NCBI GenBank assembly: GCA_963696385.1
Contig: CAVOKF010000001.1
Coordinates: 224,001 to 288,000 of the forward strand
Direction: 5' to 3'
DNA: 64,000 bases
Source of the DNA: an uncultured delta proteobacterium
Lineage (GTDB): Bacteria > Myxococcota_A > Polyangia > Polyangiales > Polyangiaceae
The notes beneath the pieces were generated by a model, which saw nothing but the letters and a program-made list of their open reading frames with translations, had not been told where the DNA came from and made no database searches. The position numbers and the translations under genes are program-made. Positions 59,633 through 64,000 of the stretch are shown one piece after another (within the stretch, counting starts at the first letter, position 1; every line of letters begins with the position of its first letter).

Positions 59633-61108
59633 TCACGGCGATAGTGCCCGGCAGGGCGAGACGGGCTCGGACGCCAGGAGATCCGAAACACATCGTTTGC
59701 GGGCACGTCGTGAGACGATGCGAGTGTCCGCACGTCTCCGGTCAGCGGCACGAGGGGGAGCTAGCGGCATCTGGTCGGCCGGCGTCACGCACGACGACAG
59801 ATTGAACACGAGGAACTCGAGCGCCGTCTCTTGCGGCGACAGGTCGCCCGTGGCGCATTCATCCGGCACGGGCAGACTGGGGTTGTCGTTCGACGCCGCA
59901 CCGACGTGCATGGCCGTGTAAACGACCTGCCCGCACTGGCTCGGGGTCGGCGCGTCGAGTGGCGTGTTGAACGAGAAAGCCTGCGAGGCCCCGGGTGCGC
60001 TCGCGTCTGCGTCCGCTACCAGCCAGGACTGGGACGCTACGTTGGCCGGCGACAGGTCCGCGTTGTCACGCGCTTGCTCGACGGGAAGCTCTGCGTTGGC
60101 AAGCAACGCGCCCACGGTGCCGAGCCACTGTGCCAGCGCGTTGCCCTTCGCGAACGGCGCTCCATTCGGGAGAGTCGTCGTCACCACGGTGTCGATGTCG
60201 CCGATGTCGCCCTTGCCGGGCAGCCAGGTCGCCAGATTCCAAGTCCCGAACGGCCCGGTATCGAACCAGGCGTAGTGGAAGTGAGACGCAAACACGCGAC
60301 CACCGGACGCCGCATAATCGAAGAGCGCCTGTTGGTTCATGTTCGATGTCTCTTGCCCTTCGCAGGAAAGAAACACCATGTCGTAACGCCCGAGGTCAGC
60401 GACGGAGTCCCAGAGCGCGATCGCGCTGCTTGGCGCGGGATCGGCCGTAGTCGGCGCACTCTCCCCTCCGATCTTGCCGGTGCCCTGAAACACGTGGATC
60501 CGTCCGGCGCCCAACGGGTCGCCGGTGTACTCGCTCGCGTCGACGCCGATACGCCGAAACAGGCACTCAAGCGTGTCGGAACCGCCTGTCGAGACGGCGA
60601 TGGCAGGGATGTCCCCTTCGCTCTGGTTTTTGGGCAAGGTGAGCGACCCGTCCGCAAGCGGGTTTTCCTGGCAAGCTACGACCGTGGGAATTCGGAGCTG
60701 GCGGCGCCATTTGCCGATCTGCAGAACGAGCGGCACGTCCTTGCCCGGTGGCACGTCGTTCAGAACGAACTGTCCTGCTGCGTCGGTCAAGGTCGTGGTG
60801 ATCGGGCTGCCGGTGTACAGGTCCGAGCACGAGTCGCATGTGGCGCCCGAGGGCAGGGGAGCCGGAGCGCTTCCCGGCACATAGACGACGACGTTGTAGA
60901 GCGGATTGTGCCCCGCCGGATCGTAGACCGTGCCGCGAAGCGTGGTCGATTGGCCGTCGCAGGCGGGCACAGGGCTCTGCGCGGGGACCGCGCACGCGGG
61001 AGGCGCGTCGTCGAAAAGCAAGAGGCCCGTTCGAGCCCCACACGAACTCGCGACGAGCGCGACGGATACCCGGCCAAAGAGCAAGGCGTACGATCGGCGG
61101 GTCCCCAT
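59633..61108 (-). CDS. Lipoprotein with a carboxypeptidase-regulatory-like domain
   Basis: ASSC lipobox; GTVYDPAG.NPLYNV.VYVP, IGKWRR, GGRVFASHFHY, LSPQE.ALEF..FNLSSC. Confidence 0.8.
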   Translation of the reverse strand: MGTRRSYALLFGRVSVALVASSCGARTGLLLFDDAPPACAVPAQSPVPACDGQSTTLRGTVYDPAGHNPLYNVVVYVPGSAPAPLPSGATCDSCSDLYTGSPITTTLTDAAGQFVLNDVPPGKDVPLVLQIGKWRRQLRIPTVVACQENPLADGSLTLPKNQSEGDIPAIAVSTGGSDTLECLFRRIGVDASEYTGDPLGAGRIHVFQGTGKIGGESAPTTADPAPSSAIALWDSVADLGRYDMVFLSCEGQETSNMNQQALFDYAASGGRVFASHFHYAWFDTGPFGTWNLATWLPGKGDIGDIDTVVTTTLPNGAPFAKGNALAQWLGTVGALLANAELPVEQARDNADLSPANVASQSWLVADADASAPGASQAFSFNTPLDAPTPSQCGQVVYTAMHVGAASNDNPSLPVPDECATGDLSPQETALEFLVFNLSSCVTPADQMPLAPPRAADRRRADTRIVSRRARKRCVSDLLASEPVSPCRALSP

Positions 61109-61364
61109 GGGGCGCGAGTATGCCTCTCGGTGGCCTTTTGCGCGACGAGGCTCGAGCTCGCACTCGACGTTATGTGCGCACAAGAGATCGACCGCGCTGG
61201 CGGAAGGTCAGCGATCCCCCCATCGCGTGCCGTCACAATCGTGCGCTGCCGAAAGACCCACGCGAACGCGCTCGACCGCGTCGGTCTGGATCGAAAAGGT
61301 GCCGGGGGTCGGATCCGGCGATCCGGCCGGGGTGGACTGCGTGCGGCCGTCCGGCGAAGCGCTC

Positions 61365-62003
61365 CTATTGGCCGACGATGATGGGGGCGCCGTAGAGGGG
61401 ACGGATTGAGATGCGATCCTCGACGTGGGCGTCGATGGGGGCGGCGGAGTCGAGACTTGCGTATGCGTCGTCGCCGCCGGCGTCCTGGGTCACGTCGGCA
61501 TCCGCGGGGACGGCAGAATCGAGGCGGGCGCTGGCGTCGTCGGCGCCGGCGTCCTGGGTCAGGTCGGCATCCGCAGGGACGGCAGAATCGCGACGGACCC
61601 CCGCGTCGTCGGGGCCGCCGTCTATGGCCACGTCGGCGTCTACGGGACCGGCAGAATCGAAGCCGCCGCGGGCGTCGCCCGGGTACACCGGGGTCACGTC
61701 GGCGTCCGCGGGCACGCCCCCGTACGGAGGAAAGAATGTGGACGACCCCGGCATCGGACCGCCGTCCTTGTCTGTCTCGGCCGCCGAGAATGGGTTTGCA
61801 CAGGCCGCTGCGGTGGCGGCGAGCGCTCCCACGCCCAAGGCATGGAGGGCCGCGCGACTCAGGCGCTTGGCCGGCGATGAGGGCGGCGGTGGCAGCTGCC
61901 GAAACGACGAGGGCAAGTCGGCCCGGCAAAACGGACAGGCCGGCTCGCTGACCCGAACGTGCCGGGCGCAATGGGGACAAGCGGCCAACGGAGTCCCGGT
62001 CAC
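61365..62003 (-). CDS. CxxC-RH..CPFC protein with YGxP motifs and internal acidic repeats
   Basis: GGAGG then GTG; CPHCARHV..CPFC; hydrophobic segment ending AAAC; PPYGGVP and LYGAP; DSA.P.DAD repeats. Confidence 0.8.
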   Translation of the reverse strand: MTGTPLAACPHCARHVRVSEPACPFCRADLPSSFRQLPPPPSSPAKRLSRAALHALGVGALAATAAACANPFSAAETDKDGGPMPGSSTFFPPYGGVPADADVTPVYPGDARGGFDSAGPVDADVAIDGGPDDAGVRRDSAVPADADLTQDAGADDASARLDSAVPADADVTQDAGGDDAYASLDSAAPIDAHVEDRISIRPLYGAPIIVGQ

Positions 62004-62290
62004 GTGCGACCTCCGTTGGATGCAGGCTCGGCGAGTATCGCGAATGCCCCGCGCTCGAGCGGCGCTCCGCAGGCCCGGATGACGGGGCCCAGCCGCCCTC
62101 GCATGCCTGCGGCCGCCATGTCGATGGCGCGTGGCCGCCACAACGGGTTGTTCTCCGGCTTGCCGACCGTGACGATTCTCGTCCACGAGCCGTCTTTCAT
62201 GTGCTCCTCGCCATGGGAATCGAACCTCTGCCGTTCAAGGACAGCACGTTCCGCGCGGCACGACCATAGGTCCAACACCGCCTCCTTTGA
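62000..62290 (-). pseudogene. Degenerate C-terminus of a radical SAM/SPASM protein
   Basis: SWT..GKPENNP...RA.DM...G.R.RL..V....GAP.ERG.F.I..EP resembles from memory the C-terminus of the Y_X(10)_GDL-associated rSAM family. Its TGA overlaps the next GTG. Confidence 0.55.
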
Positions 62291-62561
62291 GTGCCGAGCG
62301 GGCAGCCACGATGGGGATCGGGGCGTAGGCGGACGGCACACAGTGGCGCAGCGAGCCGGCGGCAGCAAATGCGCTTTTGGGCATCGGCGTCGCCGCAGGC
62401 CGCCTCGACGATAGGACCCGAGCGCGCCGGCGGATGGATCCGCGGAACGTACGCAGCGGAAACTGGAAGCCGACGCCCGCGCACCTTTCTACCGAGGAGA
62501 TCCAGTTTGGCATGGTGCATGACCTCATACACGGCTACAGACGCTCTCCAGGAGATCCAAC

Positions 62562-62930
62562 ATGGCAGTCAAAACAGCACCCACGCAAACCAAGGCAGCT
62601 TTCGTGCGTTCCGTCGATCCCAGGTTGTCCGCCAGGGACGTGATCGCCAAGGCCAAGGCGGCTGGGATTACCCTCACAGACACCTACGTCTACAACGTTC
62701 GCGGGGCGGCCAAAGCCTCCGCGAATGCCAAAGCCACGTCGAACAAGGTGACCGCGAAGCCAGCGGCATCGACCAAGACATCCGGTGCCCCCCCGGTGGT
62801 GAACAACAGTGCGAGCACGTACTCCGTCGAATCGCTGCTCAAGGCGGTCGCGGCCGAGATCGGTCTCGGACGAGCGTCCGAGATTCTGGCGGGCGAAAGG
62901 GCCAGGGTCCAGGCCGTGCTCGGGGTTTGA
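62562..62930 (+). CDS. Lys/Ala-rich putative DNA-binding protein, paralogue of 25430-26101
   Basis: AGGAG RBS; TKAAFVR..VIAKAKAAGI..YVYNVR; ESLLKAVAAEIGLGRASEILAGER. Confidence 0.85.
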   Translation: MAVKTAPTQTKAAFVRSVDPRLSARDVIAKAKAAGITLTDTYVYNVRGAAKASANAKATSNKVTAKPAASTKTSGAPPVVNNSASTYSVESLLKAVAAEIGLGRASEILAGERARVQAVLGV

Positions 62931-63025
62931 GCCGGGCTCCGAGCGCCATCGCGTGCGGTCATCCACCTCGGTCCCCGATCGGCCGCGCTGCCGGCGCAAG
63001 TGGATCGATGGGCTCGCGATGACCC

Positions 63026-63373
63026 TTACCCCCGTTTGAGCCTCGCCGGCTCGGGGAGAACCTGGAAATGGCGATGGCTTGCGCTTCGCTTCGGGCCGGC
63101 GCCCAGTTCAGCCGAAGCGCCGCGACTTGGGGGGGCTCGCTTGGACGAGCTCGTCGCGATCGCGCGAATCCCGGTGGTGGTCCCAGTGTCTTCGTTGGCC
63201 GTCCGGCGCTTGCGCGCCTTCCAACAGGTGCCGCACCGCCAGACGGCCGCCCAGCTGCCGTCCAGAGTCGTCTCGCGTGTCAAGCGCCATCCGAAGGAGC
63301 TCGTGAGCGTCCGATCCGGACTCGCTTCCGGTGAGCGTACGCCACAGTCTGCGCAGGTCTCGATGGCGAGCAT
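63026..63373 (-). CDS. Small CxxC..CxxC zinc-finger protein
   Basis: CADCG.RSP....TL.SSFGWRL..DG...WRCGTCW. Confidence 0.6.
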   Translation of the reverse strand: MLAIETCADCGVRSPEASPDRTLTSSFGWRLTRETTLDGSWAAVWRCGTCWKARKRRTANEDTGTTTGIRAIATSSSKRAPPSRGASAELGAGPKRSASHRHFQVLPEPARLKRG

Positions 63374-63569
63374 TCGAAGGGTGGATTCGCGCTCGAAGAA
63401 CGCGCTTCCTATCCGATCCAACGGCCGAGGGACCAAGGACTTGAGTGCGATCGCGGCGCTGAAGAGCGCGCGGCAAGAGCGGCGGCTGTAACGCTGGAAA
63501 CGGCAGGAAGCTTGCGCGCCAGCGCCTCGGCGCTTGCAGGGCCGCAGCCCGTCCATCATACTCTTGTTA

Positions 63570-63586
63570 TTGAAATCGACTTTCAA
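63570..63586. promoter_or_regulatory. Fur-box-like palindrome
   Basis: TTGAAA-TCGAC-TTTCAA at the start of a probable iron permease. Confidence 0.55.
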
Positions 63587-64000
63587 CGTCAGGTACTGGC
63601 CCGTCCTCGCCTTGCTCGGTGCGGTCGCCGTCGCGCTCGGGTTTGCCCTGGTGAGACCCGCTTCCGACACCCCGAAGACAGCGGGCAGCGACGCGCAGCA
63701 GCTCGTCGCGATCCTCCAGTACCTGGAGTCGGACTACCCGAGGGCGGTCGCGTCGATGGATGCCGGCGAGCTGGCCGAGCAGCGCTCTCTGTCGGCGGAG
63801 GCGAGGTCCACCGCACTTCGTCTCCGGGGCGCGGAACGATTCGCCGCGCGCATCGCTTCGCTCGACGAACGCGTTTCGCGAAGTGAGGACCCGGTTGGCG
63901 TGAGCGCCGATTGCGCGTCGCTGGTCGACGAGGTGATAGCGGCCGCGGGGCTCTCTCGTGCACCGTCGGTACCGCCCGATCTTTCCGAAGGCGCACGGCT
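63570..64000 (+). CDS. N-terminus of a probable cytochrome c / FTR1-type iron permease (runs off the window)
   Basis: Open frame missing from the ORF track: TM segment, QLVAILQYLESDYPRAV..ELAEQ, ending P..PPDLSEGAR. Start uncertain. Confidence 0.65.
   Translation, partial: MKSTFNVRYWPVLALLGAVAVALGFALVRPASDTPKTAGSDAQQLVAILQYLESDYPRAVASMDAGELAEQRSLSAEARSTALRLRGAERFAARIASLDERVSRSEDPVGVSADCASLVDEVIAAAGLSRAPSVPPDLSEGAR

Overview
A GC-rich bacterial window, most likely from Myxococcota (Polyangiaceae/Sorangium-like). That assignment is inferred from the many Cys-rich lipoproteins, a MYXO-CTERM-like tail and the dense sigma-54 and two-component signalling. All product calls come from motifs read by eye; no searches were run. 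Positions 1-20.7 kb form a stress and signalling island: a USP protein, a truncated ndvB-like gene ending at a (CGGGGT)18 microsatellite, three hybrid histidine kinases, an NtrC-type activator, a CheB-CheR-PAS-kinase with its NarL partner, a PRC-barrel protein and rpiB. Many of these genes carry correctly spaced -24/-12 promoters. The rest is mixed: GH30 xylanase, Fur, a GreA-like factor, a SET-domain protein, LOG, HPF-CSD, a WYL regulator with a deleted GST, an ABC exporter, Grx4-rhodanese with BolA, a frameshifted DAC (c-di-AMP cyclase-like) protein, Ndh-2, patatin, MtfA, YyaL, HU, a protease, porins and the start of a probable cytochrome c/FTR1 iron permease. The leading candidates for novelty are: two paralogues of a putative histone-like nucleoid protein family, one near a SET methyltransferase; a decayed radical SAM/SPASM gene coupled to a CxxC-RH-CPFC/YGxP protein; the sensor-DAC protein; and miniature inverted-repeat elements that sit exactly on stop codons. 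No rRNA, tRNA, CRISPR array or transposase was seen.
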